From positions 1-33,408 of the forward strand of contig JAKANJ010000002.1 of NCBI GenBank assembly GCA_021823825.1: DNA of 33,408 nt, written 5' to 3'. This stretch comes from a bacterium (GTDB lineage: Bacteria > Patescibacteriota > Minisyncoccia > Phycocordibacterales > UBA1550). This document shows positions 23,199-33,197 of this stretch, one piece after another. Within the stretch, counting starts at the first letter, position 1; each line of letters starts with the position of its first letter. Below the pieces are notes generated by a model. The model had not been told where the DNA came from and searched no databases. It worked only from the letters and a program-made list of their open reading frames with translations. Made by a program: the position numbers and the translations under genes.

Positions 23199-23226
23199 AA
23201 AGCCGCCCTTGAAGGGCGGCTTTTTT
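23199..23226. terminator. Intrinsic terminator, usable from both strands
   Basis: GCCGCCC-TTGAA-GGGCGGC followed by TTTTTT on the plus strand. The reverse complement is followed by TTTG on the minus strand. Confidence 0.85.
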
Positions 23227-23271
23227 AAAAATATACTGATAATACTTAAGTATTATCAGTATATTTTTAAA
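23224..23271. repeat. 48-nt perfect palindrome, AT-rich, centred on CTTAAG
   Basis: TTTAAAAATATACTGATAATACTT|AAGTATTATCAGTATATTTTTAAA. I checked all 24 arm positions and every one is complementary. It lies between the convergent PHPT1-like gene and rpoD. Confidence 0.9.
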
Positions 23272-23281
23272 CATCTAGATA

Positions 23282-24553
23282 TTAGTAATTTCTCAATTTA
23301 TCAACTTTGTCGTGAGCACGGATTTTTTCAATTGCCTTTGCTTCAATCTGGCGAATACGTTCACGGGTTACGTTGAACTCACGACCCACTTCCTCGAGCG
23401 TGTGGACAATACCGTCAGCAAGACCGTGCCTCATTTCAAGAATTTTGCGTTCTTTTTCAGAAAGATCAGTCAAAATTTCCTTGACCTGGTCAGATAAAAT
23501 ACGTTGTGCTGACTCCATGTCGGGTGAAAGAATTTTATCATCTGCAATAAATTCTCCAAGAGTTGACTTGTCATCATCGTCCCCGATTGGTTTTTCAAGA
23601 GAAACAGTATCCTGGTTTATATTTTTAATGTTGTAAATTTTCTCCACTTCAATACCCATCTCTGTTGCAACCTCTCCCGGCAGCGGCTCTCGCCCAAGAT
23701 CCTGAGAAAGACGCCTTACAACCTGCTTATACTTCGAAATAGTTTCCACCATGTGCACAGGGATGCGAATGGTACGAGACTGGTCGGCCAAGGCGCGCGT
23801 TACCGCCTGACGTATCCACCAGGTAGCATAGGTTGAAAACTTGTACCCCTTTTCCCAATCAAATTTCTCAACAGCCTTGAAGAGACCAAGGTTCCCTTCT
23901 TGAATAAGGTCCAAAAGTGTAAGATTTGCGCTGCGGCCAACATATTTCTTTGCAATTGAGACAACGAGGCGGAGGTTCGCCCGCGCGAGAAGATTTTTGC
24001 CTTCCTTGTCTCCTTGCTGAATTCGTTGCGCTAAGTCGCGCTCATCCGCAGCCGACAAGAGTGGAAACTGACCGATCTCTTTTAGATACATTTGGATGGA
24101 GTCATACGAAGAATCACCGCTCTTGTATACATATTTTTTGCCCATCGCCACTTCCTCTGGCTCTATTTCAAGAAGTCCACCACTTTCAAGAATATCTACC
24201 CCGGCATCGCTTAATTTTTCATAAAGGGTATCAAGGAAAAGAACATCCTGCTCAATCATTGGGAACTCTTTTAGGATTTCATTATAGGTGATGAAGCCAC
24301 GAGAGCGACCTTTTAGAATAAGACGCTCTGCCTTTTCCTCCCACCCCTCAGTTGATTTACCTTTATGGGCAGGCTTTTTAACAATTTTCTTTATGTTCTT
24401 TTTTACAGCTTGCTTTACCTTAGCCTTAGGTAGGGTACGTTTCTTGCGCGCAGGTGCAACTTTAGTTTTTGCCTTCTTTTTTACAACGCCGCGTTTTATT
24501 TTTGTCTTCTGTGTGGCCTTTTTTGTTTTTGTGGAAGTAGTTTTTTTGAGCAT
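23282..24553 (-). CDS. rpoD: Primary RNA polymerase sigma factor (sigma-70 family) with a lysine-rich N-terminal extension
   Basis: Region 2 ([36 protein letters not shown]), region 3 ([11 protein letters not shown]) and region 4 ([20 protein letters not shown]) are all present. Residues 1-67 contain 26 K, 3 R and no D/E. Confidence 0.95.
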   Translation of the reverse strand: MLKKTTSTKTKKATQKTKIKRGVVKKKAKTKVAPARKKRTLPKAKVKQAVKKNIKKIVKKPAHKGKSTEGWEEKAERLILKGRSRGFITYNEILKEFPMIEQDVLFLDTLYEKLSDAGVDILESGGLLEIEPEEVAMGKKYVYKSGDSSYDSIQMYLKEIGQFPLLSAADERDLAQRIQQGDKEGKNLLARANLRLVVSIAKKYVGRSANLTLLDLIQEGNLGLFKAVEKFDWEKGYKFSTYATWWIRQAVTRALADQSRTIRIPVHMVETISKYKQVVRRLSQDLGREPLPGEVATEMGIEVEKIYNIKNINQDTVSLEKPIGDDDDKSTLGEFIADDKILSPDMESAQRILSDQVKEILTDLSEKERKILEMRHGLADGIVHTLEEVGREFNVTRERIRQIEAKAIEKIRAHDKVDKLRNY

Positions 24554-24563
24554 ATAATAAAAT

Positions 24564-26282
24564 TTACTTATTGGGTTTGGTTAGAGCGTGTAGTTCTTTT
24601 GAAATTGCTTGGCATTCCGCAAGAAGTTTCTCTGCAAGTGCCAAATCCCCAGACTCTTCTGCACGTTTGAGCTCTGTCATCTTTTCCGAAAATTTATCGC
24701 GTAGAATCTCCTCTGCCAGTCCTTTAAAGAGCTCCTCAAGTTCTTTGTCTAGGTGAGGGCTTGCCTGGAAACGCACCTCCGCCTCAAAGATGAGGACATC
24801 TCGTACCTTTGAATCTGGTGGTGGCCCCTCTTCTAGTTTTTCCAACCGCGCGCGATATTCTGAAATATCCTTAAGCATTACCCCTCCCGCACTTTCTTGC
24901 CAAAGAAGGATACCGTCAATTAAATTTCGGATTCGAAGTCGTCGAGACATAGTGGGGGGCACTGTTCGCGTGAGTTGGTCCCCCGATGATGACACCAGGC
25001 TAGGACGTGATGATTTTTTGACTTCATCCCATACTGATTCCTCTTTTATGCCAATAACTTTTGACGTCTCTGCTACATAATACCCTTGATCCAAGGAACT
25101 TTTCAACAATGCAATGAGCGGGATGACAATCTCAGATATTCGAGTACGAAGAAGATTCTTGTCCTTATTACGCTCCGGCAGAAGCTCTAGATAAAAATCA
25201 ATAACATGTTTTGCGTTTGATACTGCGTTCACCCAGTCAGCAGAATTTTTCCGAACAACATCTGCGGGATCCATACCGCTAGGAAGCGCAGCGATTCGCA
25301 CGGTCATGTCTTGCGAAAGAGCAAGTTCTATTCCTCGATGTGCCGCTGCTATCCCCGCGCTATCTGCATCAAAAGCAAGAACAAGATTTTTGGTAAACCG
25401 TTTTAGAAGTTCAAGATGTTCAACCGTTAACGCGGTACCAGAAGTAGCGACCGCATTTGTTACACCAGCTTGGTGCGAGAGAATGAGATCCATTTGCCCT
25501 TCAACAAGGACACAAGCATCTTTTTGACGAATTGAGTCCTTCGCCTGCGAAAAACCAAAAAGAGCGCGTGACTTATGGAATACGTCAGTTTCTGGGCTAT
25601 TCACATATTTTGCCGAAGCCGACGCGCCAAGAGTCTTTCCTTCTCCTTCCTTTAGAATACGACCAGAAAATGCAATAACACGCCCAGAGCTATCAGTAAT
25701 GGGAAACATCAACCTTCCACGGAAACGATCATAGAACCCCTGAGGTGAGATCACGATTAATCCCGCTTGCTCCATAACTTTTTGCGTTATGCCCTTTTTA
25801 GCAAGAAAATCTCCGAGTGCGCGCCACTCATCGGGTGCAAACCCAACGCGAAAGCGTTTTATCGTTTCGTCGCTGAGACCGCGACCTGAGAGATACCTAA
25901 CAGCCTCGGGAAATTTTGGAAGAACTGCTTCATAAAATTTTGCCGCAAGTTCCAAAGCAGAGTAGATCGCAGCTCGCTCATCTTTTGCTCCAATTTTTTC
26001 ACGCGTAAGAGCGACACCTGCCCTATCCGCAAGGACCTTAAGTGCACCCTGGAAATCAAGGCCTTCAATCTCTTCAACGAATGAGATAACATCCCCGCCT
26101 CTATTACAACCAAAACAATGAAATGTTTGGCGTGCTGGAGAAATAAAGAATGATGGAGTTTTTTCACCGTGAAAAGGACAACGCGCTCTAAAGTTCCCCC
26201 CAGCCTTTTCAAGTTTGAGGTATCCTGCTGCTACGTCCACAATATTAAGCCGTGATTTAATCTCTTCGATTATTGATGGCAT
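24564..26282 (-). CDS. dnaG: DNA primase
   Basis: CHC2 zinc finger ([11 protein letters not shown]...HCFGC), RNA polymerase core, and Toprim (VLVEGQMDL...AFDADSAG). The stop is 10 nt upstream of the rpoD ATG. Confidence 0.95.
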   Translation of the reverse strand: MPSIIEEIKSRLNIVDVAAGYLKLEKAGGNFRARCPFHGEKTPSFFISPARQTFHCFGCNRGGDVISFVEEIEGLDFQGALKVLADRAGVALTREKIGAKDERAAIYSALELAAKFYEAVLPKFPEAVRYLSGRGLSDETIKRFRVGFAPDEWRALGDFLAKKGITQKVMEQAGLIVISPQGFYDRFRGRLMFPITDSSGRVIAFSGRILKEGEGKTLGASASAKYVNSPETDVFHKSRALFGFSQAKDSIRQKDACVLVEGQMDLILSHQAGVTNAVATSGTALTVEHLELLKRFTKNLVLAFDADSAGIAAAHRGIELALSQDMTVRIAALPSGMDPADVVRKNSADWVNAVSNAKHVIDFYLELLPERNKDKNLLRTRISEIVIPLIALLKSSLDQGYYVAETSKVIGIKEESVWDEVKKSSRPSLVSSSGDQLTRTVPPTMSRRLRIRNLIDGILLWQESAGGVMLKDISEYRARLEKLEEGPPPDSKVRDVLIFEAEVRFQASPHLDKELEELFKGLAEEILRDKFSEKMTELKRAEESGDLALAEKLLAECQAISKELHALTKPNK

Positions 26283-26384
26283 ATGATGTTACAAAATTAT
26301 ACTGCACGACATACGTATGGCACAGTATTTTTGTGGAAACCCACTATGCTTACTAAGCTATAGAGCCTCAATTATCTGTTCTGC

Positions 26385-29300
26385 CTACTCCTCCTCTTCT
26401 ACCTCCCCAGGAAGTACTCGTCCTTGCTTTTTTGCATTGAATCCTGTGCCAGCGGGGATAATATTACCGATGATAACATTTTCCTTTAGGCCACGAAGAT
26501 TGTCTACCGTGCCACGAATTGCGGTGTTAATAAGAACACGTGTCGTGTTCTCAAAGGATGCTGCCGACAACCAACTCTTGGTGGTAAGTGCCACTTCAGA
26601 AATACCAAGAACAATAGTATCCCCTTTAGCTTTCTCACCTCCAGCTTTTTCAACTCGCTCGTTTTCTGCAGCAAGCTCTCCTTGCTCAACAACATCTCCT
26701 TGGTTGAAGTGCGTATCACCAGCGCTCTTGATCTTTCTGCGTGAGAACATTTGGCGGATAATGACCTCAATGTGCTTGCGAGAAATTGACGCTCCCTGAA
26801 GTTCATAAATTTTCAAAACCTCAGTAGTAATGTAATTCTCTGCCGCGTGCTTACCTGCGTAGAGGAACACCTCAGCAATGTCTGCCGAGCCATCTGAAAG
26901 GAAGAGGCCTTTTGTTACCGTATCCCCTACCTTCACAAACGGTGTTCTTTTTGCCGAAGTTATGTATTCTACCGCTTCTCCTTTTTTCTTGCCCGCACCT
27001 TCTGCAGGAAGAATTTTTATTTTGAGATCCTTTTCATCTCTCACTACCTCCAAGACAACACCATCCGTGTGAGCAATCAATGCAAGACTCTTTGGTAAAC
27101 GTCTTTCAAATATTTCTTCTACACGAGGAAGACCTGCAGTAATATCGCCTCCAGCAGATGCGATACCTCCTGCATGGAACGTACGCATGGTGAGCTGTGT
27201 TCCTGGCTCTCCGATTGCTTGCGCAGCGACGATACCAACTGGTTCACCGATCTTGACTAACTCATTGCGGGCAATATCAAGTCCATAACATTTACGACAA
27301 ATGCCATACGCAGTTTTACATGAAAGCGGTGAGCGAACAACTGCCTCTGTAATACCTGCGGCTTCAGCAGCTTTTGCATCTTGGTTTGACATAAGATGTC
27401 CTTTTTTGTAGAGAACCTCACCGTCTGCATTAACCAGATCGTGCACGAGAACACGACCGCGAAGATTGCGTGAAAGAGGAATATCAAACCCAACAAGGTT
27501 TTCTTTATGGATAACTCCCCCCTCCTTATCACCGCAGTCCTCTTCGGTGATGATTGCATCTTGTGCGACGTCAACAATACGACGAGTAAGGTAACCTGCC
27601 TTTGCTGTATTGAGAGCAGTATCGGCAAGACCCTTGCGCGAACCGTGCGTAGTAATAAAGTATTCTACTGGCGACAATCCTTCCTTTGATGAAGGAACGA
27701 TCGGGAAGTCAATTGCGCGACCTGCAGTGTTTGTAATAAGTCCGTACATACCACCCATGAGGACTACCTGAGAAAGTGAACCTCGGGCACCAGACTTGAG
27801 CATGTCCTCAACTGATCCATTTTTCTCAAGTGTTGCAGGCATATGCTTCTCAATTTCTGTACGTGCACCCTGCCATATTTCAATCGTACGACGATATCTT
27901 TCATCATCTGAAAGAAGACCTTCGTTAAATTCACCACGAATGATGTCCGCTTCTGTTTGAGCTTTTGCAATGATGCCCTTCTTTTCAACAGGGATTTTGA
28001 TGTCATCAATACCCCAAGTAATACCGGACTTCATAACATACTTAAAACCAAAGTCTTTGATTTTGTCGAGTATTGGAGGGATAGCATCAAAACCATAGGT
28101 ATTGATGAGTTCGTCAATGATGCTTTCAAGCTCCTTTTTCGTAATTTCCTTGTTTATGTAGGGGAAATCAGAAGGAAGCACACCATTGAAGAGCAAGCGC
28201 CCTACCGTTGTCTCAAAGACCTCGCCGCCAAAGGCTGCATACTTTGGTGTGTTTGTGGCCATAACTTTGATTTTTGCTCGGTAGCTCAATTCATCAAAGT
28301 CGTATGCCGTAATGGCGCTGTTGGGGGTTGCGAAGATCTTACCCTCACCCTTTTCGTGCTCAACAACTTTGGTCATTGAATAACACCCGAGAGGAATATC
28401 AAGTTTCGGGTTCACAATAGGATCACCGTTACCTGGTCCAAGGAGGTTCTTGTTTGATGCCATAAGAGCACCCGCCTCATGCTGTGCAGCATCAAACAAC
28501 GGCACGTGAACAGCCATTTGGTCACCGTCGAAGTCCGCATTGAATGCAGTACATACAAGTGGGTGCACTTGAATTGCATTTCCTTCAATAAGGGTTGGAT
28601 GGAAGGCTTGAATACCCAGACGGTGGAGGGTTGGAGCACGGTTTAGAAGAACATATTTACCTTTAATGACTTCTTCAAGAATTCCCCAAACCTCTGAAAC
28701 GCTATCATCGATTAGCTTGTTTGCCCCACGAATATTGTATGCAAGCTCACGCTCAAGAATTTTTGAGATGATGAATGGTCGGAATAGCTCAAGAGCCATA
28801 TGCTTTGGAAGACCACACTCATTAAGACGAAGTTTTGGACCAACGACGATTACTGAACGTCCAGAATAGTCCACGCGTTTACCAAGAAGGTTCTGTCTAA
28901 AAAGACCCTGCTTCCCTTTTAGCGTATCTGCAAGTGATTTCAAAGTACGCTTCTGCGCCTGATTCATTGCGACAGACTGAACACGACGAATTGAATTATC
29001 AATAAGTGAGTCAACCGCCTCTTGAAGAATACGCTTCTCGTTTCGAAGAATAACGTCTGGAGCACCAATTTCCATTAATTTCTTTAGACGATTGTTGCGG
29101 TTGATAACACGACGATAAAGATCGTTTAGGTCAGACGTAGCATGACGACCTCCTTCAAGGGCAACCATTGGGCGAAGCGCTGGTGGAATAATAGGGATTA
29201 CGGTAAGGAACATCCATTCAGGACGTACACCAGAGCTGAGCATTGATTTTACAATGCCAAGACGTTTATGAAGTTTTGAACGCTCAACAGCTCCCGCTTT

Positions 29301-30020
29301 TTCAAGCTCTTCCTCAAGCTTTTGGCTCAATTTCGTGAGGTCAAGCTTCTTGAAAATGTTGTAGATTGCTTCAGCACCAATGCCAACCTCAAATGCAGTA
29401 CCGTATCGTAGCCCAAACTTGTGATAAGTCATTTCATCGATAACACGACCAGCGACGATTGATTCAATCTCTCGCTTTGAGTTGAGGAGAAGCTCCTTCA
29501 ACTTTTCTTTACCCTTTTCATCGGTGAGCCCTTTTGACTTAGTTTTATATTCATTATCCAACTCCTTTACCAAGCGCTCACGCTCAGCCTCATTTACACT
29601 AGTGATGATATATCCAGCAAAATAGATAACTTTTTCAAGGTCTACAATTGGGAGGTTCAGAATCAATCCAATACGTGAAGGAATGCTTCTCAAGAACCAG
29701 ATGTGTGCAACGGGACTTGCAAGCTCAATATGCCCCATACGCTGACGGCGCACGATAGAACGAGTAACTTCTACTCCACATTTTTCACAAATAATATCTT
29801 TGTATCGAATGCGTTTATATTTTCCACAGTAACATTCGTAATCTTTTTCTGGTCCGAAAATACGTTCATCAAACAAGCCTCCGCGCTCGCTGCGTTGTGT
29901 TCGGTAGTTGATAGTTTCTGGCTTGGTAACCTCGCCATAGGACCACTCCTTTATACGTTCTGGTGATGCAAGTTTCAAAAGGATTGCATCAAAATTTTGT
30001 TGTTCGCGTAATGTTTTCAT
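26385..30020 (-). CDS. rpoC: DNA-directed RNA polymerase subunit beta-prime
   Basis: 1211 aa. It has an N-terminal zinc motif (CYCGKYKRIRYKDIICEKCGVEV) and the catalytic NADFDGDQMAVH. Bridge-helix and trigger-loop regions are recognisable. Confidence 0.97.
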   Translation of the reverse strand: MKTLREQQNFDAILLKLASPERIKEWSYGEVTKPETINYRTQRSERGGLFDERIFGPEKDYECYCGKYKRIRYKDIICEKCGVEVTRSIVRRQRMGHIELASPVAHIWFLRSIPSRIGLILNLPIVDLEKVIYFAGYIITSVNEAERERLVKELDNEYKTKSKGLTDEKGKEKLKELLLNSKREIESIVAGRVIDEMTYHKFGLRYGTAFEVGIGAEAIYNIFKKLDLTKLSQKLEEELEKAGAVERSKLHKRLGIVKSMLSSGVRPEWMFLTVIPIIPPALRPMVALEGGRHATSDLNDLYRRVINRNNRLKKLMEIGAPDVILRNEKRILQEAVDSLIDNSIRRVQSVAMNQAQKRTLKSLADTLKGKQGLFRQNLLGKRVDYSGRSVIVVGPKLRLNECGLPKHMALELFRPFIISKILERELAYNIRGANKLIDDSVSEVWGILEEVIKGKYVLLNRAPTLHRLGIQAFHPTLIEGNAIQVHPLVCTAFNADFDGDQMAVHVPLFDAAQHEAGALMASNKNLLGPGNGDPIVNPKLDIPLGCYSMTKVVEHEKGEGKIFATPNSAITAYDFDELSYRAKIKVMATNTPKYAAFGGEVFETTVGRLLFNGVLPSDFPYINKEITKKELESIIDELINTYGFDAIPPILDKIKDFGFKYVMKSGITWGIDDIKIPVEKKGIIAKAQTEADIIRGEFNEGLLSDDERYRRTIEIWQGARTEIEKHMPATLEKNGSVEDMLKSGARGSLSQVVLMGGMYGLITNTAGRAIDFPIVPSSKEGLSPVEYFITTHGSRKGLADTALNTAKAGYLTRRIVDVAQDAIITEEDCGDKEGGVIHKENLVGFDIPLSRNLRGRVLVHDLVNADGEVLYKKGHLMSNQDAKAAEAAGITEAVVRSPLSCKTAYGICRKCYGLDIARNELVKIGEPVGIVAAQAIGEPGTQLTMRTFHAGGIASAGGDITAGLPRVEEIFERRLPKSLALIAHTDGVVLEVVRDEKDLKIKILPAEGAGKKKGEAVEYITSAKRTPFVKVGDTVTKGLFLSDGSADIAEVFLYAGKHAAENYITTEVLKIYELQGASISRKHIEVIIRQMFSRRKIKSAGDTHFNQGDVVEQGELAAENERVEKAGGEKAKGDTIVLGISEVALTTKSWLSAASFENTTRVLINTAIRGTVDNLRGLKENVIIGNIIPAGTGFNAKKQGRVLPGEVEEEE

Positions 30021-30038
30021 AATAGTAGTGAGTTAGAC

Positions 30039-33000
30039 CTATATAGCTTTACCATTCTCCAAGAGACTGACGTCGAGCGAAAGTCCGCGTAAGTAATTCA
30101 GGAGAACATTAAATGACTCAGGAACATTCATGTGAAGAGTTTCATTTCCTTTCACAATAGAGTCAAAGGCTTCAGAACGACCAAGGATATCATCTGACTT
30201 AATAGTAAGCATCTCTCGAAGCACTTCTGATGCTCCGTATCCTTCGAGTGCCCACACTTCCATTTCTCCAAAACGCTGACCTCCTCCCTGTGCTTTTCCT
30301 CCGAGTGGCTGTTGCGTGATAAGTGAGTATGGCCCAATTGAACGCATGTGAATCTTGTCCTCAACCATGTGGTTAAGTTTTAGAATATACATGTAACCAA
30401 CGGCAATATCCTGATCAAAACTTTCGCCTGTGCGGCCATCATATAGTTTCATCTTGCCATCTGGACGGTAACCTGCTTTTACAAGTTCCTCCTTAATTTC
30501 ATCAACGGTGGCTCCCATGAATGGAGGCACAATTGCCTGGTAGTCAAGAGTGTGCGCCGCAAGACCTAAGTGGAGTTCAAGGATCTGTCCAAGGTTCATA
30601 CGTGATGGCACACCAAGCGGAGTAAGAATCACATCAATAGGAGTACCGTCTGCCATGTATGGCATATCTTCTTCGGGAAGAATAACCGAGATAACACCCT
30701 TGTTTCCGTGACGACCTGCGAGTTTATCACCAACCGAAATGTTACGCACCTGTGCTACTTCGATATGGATGCGCTTGATGATACCGCTTTCAAGATTGTC
30801 GCCCTTCTCCCGTGAGAAGACTTTGATACCAATAACGCGACCTCGTTTGCCGTGATCCATGCGAAGTGATGTATCCTTTACGTCGCGGGCCTTGTCTCCA
30901 AAAATTGCACGAAGAAGGCGCTCCTCTGGCGTAAGTTCTGTCTCACCTTTTGGAGTAATTTTACCAACCAAGATATCCCCTGGATGTACTTGCGCTCCGA
31001 TACGGATGATACCGTCCTCGTCAAGGTCTTTTAGTTTTGCTTCGCCAACATTTGGAATATCATGCGTAGTTACTTCTGGTCCAAGCTTCGTGTCGCGAAC
31101 ATTCACTACGAACTCATCCATGTGGATTGACGTGAACTTGCTGTTCTTTACGAGACGTTCAGACAGGATGATAGCGTCCTCATAGTTTGAACCACCCCAT
31201 GACATAAAGGCAACAAGTGCATTTTGTCCAAGTGCGATCTGCCCACCATCAGATGATGATGTATCAGCAAGTGTTGCATGCTTTTTCACCTTGTCACCTA
31301 CGTTTACGATTGGACGCTGATGAAATGTGGTAAATCCGTTTGCACGAGAGAACGTCACGAGCTTATGCTCATAGTCTTTTCCCGATTCACCTTTCAAAAT
31401 AATTTTCTTTGCATCGGCGTATGTAATAGTACCAGCCTCATCAGCGATTACGAGACGACCCGTGTCGCGTGCGGCATCTGCTTCCATGCCTGTTGCAACA
31501 AGCGGAGCCTCCGGCAAAACACAAGGAATTCCTTGCTTCTGCATGTTGGAACCCATGAGCGCACGGTTTGCATTGTCGTGCTCAAGGAATGGGATCATTG
31601 ATGTTGCAATTGAAAATGCCTGGTTTGCTGCAATATCTATGTAGTGAACATCTGCACGCTCAACAAGCTCGGGGCGTCCTGCGCGGCGAGCTTCAACTTT
31701 TTCTTCAACAATTTGGTCTCCGTCAACCTTAAGTGCCATGTGTGCAATGTTGTACTGCTCCTCTTCAAGAGCATCCATGTACACGATTTCTTTGGTGATC
31801 TTGCCATCCTTTACTTTTGCGTAGGGTGTTTCAATCATTCCAAAATCATTTATGCGTGCATAAGATGAAAGGTGGAGGATAAGACCGATGTTCGGACCTT
31901 CTGGTGTATGGATTGGGCAAAGACGTCCGTAGTGCGAAGTGTGCACATCGCGAACTTCAATACCTGCTCGCTCGCGCGTTAAGCCCCCAGGGCCAAGCGC
32001 AGAAAAGGTTCGTAAAATTTCAATCTCCGAGAGAACGTTGTACTGAGCCATAAACTGAGAAAGCTGGTTCGTGGCAAAGAATTCCTTGAGACGTGCCTGG
32101 AGAGGGCGTGGACTGATAAATTGAACAGGCATTGTTGCCTCTGTGTCAATCGTAGACATACGGTCCTGGATGTTACGCTTCATCTGCGTCATACCAACGC
32201 GAATTTTTTGCTGAAGCATTTCACCGACTGAACGAATACGACGAGAGCCAAGGTGGTCAATATCATCTGGCATAGAACGAGGGGTTGCGTTGAGCTTCAC
32301 AATGTGTGAAACGATGAGAGCAACGTCCTCAGCATCAATGGTACGGCGTGCAACCTCCTCTTTTCCTAGTCCTCGATTAAAACGCTTATTGAATTTAAAT
32401 CGACCAACTTCTGAAAGGTCATACTTTTCTTTAGCAAAAATTGACTCAACAAAACCGCGAGCATTTTCTGGCGTAGCGAGATCACCATCGCGAAGTTTTT
32501 TATGAATCTCGATGTATGACTCGTCCTGTGTCTTTGCTGCATCCTTTGTGAGCGTGGTTTCAATTGCCTTCTTTGCGAGCTCATCTTTTGCAAACATTTT
32601 CAAAATTGCATCGTTGTCTTTGATGCCAAGCGCGCGCAAAAGTACCGTTACCGGGAATTTACGCTTCTTGTCGATGCGCACGTACACAGCACCGTCTGGG
32701 TCAGACTCTACTTCTACCCACGCGCCGCGACCTGGAATAATTTTGGCGCCAAAATATCGCTTACCTTTGAGCTCATCCACGGTAAAGGAAACACCGAAAG
32801 AACGTGAGATCTGTGGTACAACCACGCGTTCAACCCCGTTCACGATAAATGTACCGTGCGAGGTCATCATAGGAAAATCTGCCATGAAGATTTCCTGTTC
32901 CTTTTCTGTCTTAAACGTCTTGTTGATAAGTCGTACGCGAGCCTTCAGGGGCGCTTCGTAAGAAAGCTTATTTTCTTTTGCAAAATACTCGTCATATTTT

Positions 33001-33197
33001 GGCTCTGAAAGTTCGATGCCAATAAATTCGAGTTCAAACTTCTTCTCTGAGTAATCTTTAATCGGAGAAAATTCTTTAAATGCTTCTTTGAGTCCTTCTT
33101 CAAGAAGCCACTTGTAGGATTTCAAGTGGGTCTCAACTAAGTTCGGGAGTGTCACGAGCGGCTTTTTATACCGCGCAAAATATTTTTTCTCTCTCAT
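30039..33197 (-). CDS. rpoB: DNA-directed RNA polymerase subunit beta
   Basis: 1052 aa. N-terminal PNLVETHLKSYKWLLEEGL, rifampicin-cluster region FFATNQLSQFMAQYNVLSEI, GRHGNKGVIS, and C-terminal GGQRFGEMEVWALEGYGA are present. It ends 18 nt upstream of rpoC. Confidence 0.97.
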   Translation of the reverse strand: MREKKYFARYKKPLVTLPNLVETHLKSYKWLLEEGLKEAFKEFSPIKDYSEKKFELEFIGIELSEPKYDEYFAKENKLSYEAPLKARVRLINKTFKTEKEQEIFMADFPMMTSHGTFIVNGVERVVVPQISRSFGVSFTVDELKGKRYFGAKIIPGRGAWVEVESDPDGAVYVRIDKKRKFPVTVLLRALGIKDNDAILKMFAKDELAKKAIETTLTKDAAKTQDESYIEIHKKLRDGDLATPENARGFVESIFAKEKYDLSEVGRFKFNKRFNRGLGKEEVARRTIDAEDVALIVSHIVKLNATPRSMPDDIDHLGSRRIRSVGEMLQQKIRVGMTQMKRNIQDRMSTIDTEATMPVQFISPRPLQARLKEFFATNQLSQFMAQYNVLSEIEILRTFSALGPGGLTRERAGIEVRDVHTSHYGRLCPIHTPEGPNIGLILHLSSYARINDFGMIETPYAKVKDGKITKEIVYMDALEEEQYNIAHMALKVDGDQIVEEKVEARRAGRPELVERADVHYIDIAANQAFSIATSMIPFLEHDNANRALMGSNMQKQGIPCVLPEAPLVATGMEADAARDTGRLVIADEAGTITYADAKKIILKGESGKDYEHKLVTFSRANGFTTFHQRPIVNVGDKVKKHATLADTSSSDGGQIALGQNALVAFMSWGGSNYEDAIILSERLVKNSKFTSIHMDEFVVNVRDTKLGPEVTTHDIPNVGEAKLKDLDEDGIIRIGAQVHPGDILVGKITPKGETELTPEERLLRAIFGDKARDVKDTSLRMDHGKRGRVIGIKVFSREKGDNLESGIIKRIHIEVAQVRNISVGDKLAGRHGNKGVISVILPEEDMPYMADGTPIDVILTPLGVPSRMNLGQILELHLGLAAHTLDYQAIVPPFMGATVDEIKEELVKAGYRPDGKMKLYDGRTGESFDQDIAVGYMYILKLNHMVEDKIHMRSIGPYSLITQQPLGGKAQGGGQRFGEMEVWALEGYGASEVLREMLTIKSDDILGRSEAFDSIVKGNETLHMNVPESFNVLLNYLRGLSLDVSLLENGKAI

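Noticed and set aside
26317-33000. Numerous 60-160-aa ORFs antisense or out of frame within rpoC and rpoB (for example 26317..26799, 27957..28379, 32512..32961), and similar ones inside dnaG, rpoD, the ATPases and the kinase.
   Set aside because: They lie entirely within highly conserved, confidently identified genes. Their Ser/Arg/Cys-rich composition is typical of shadow frames, and none has independent signals.
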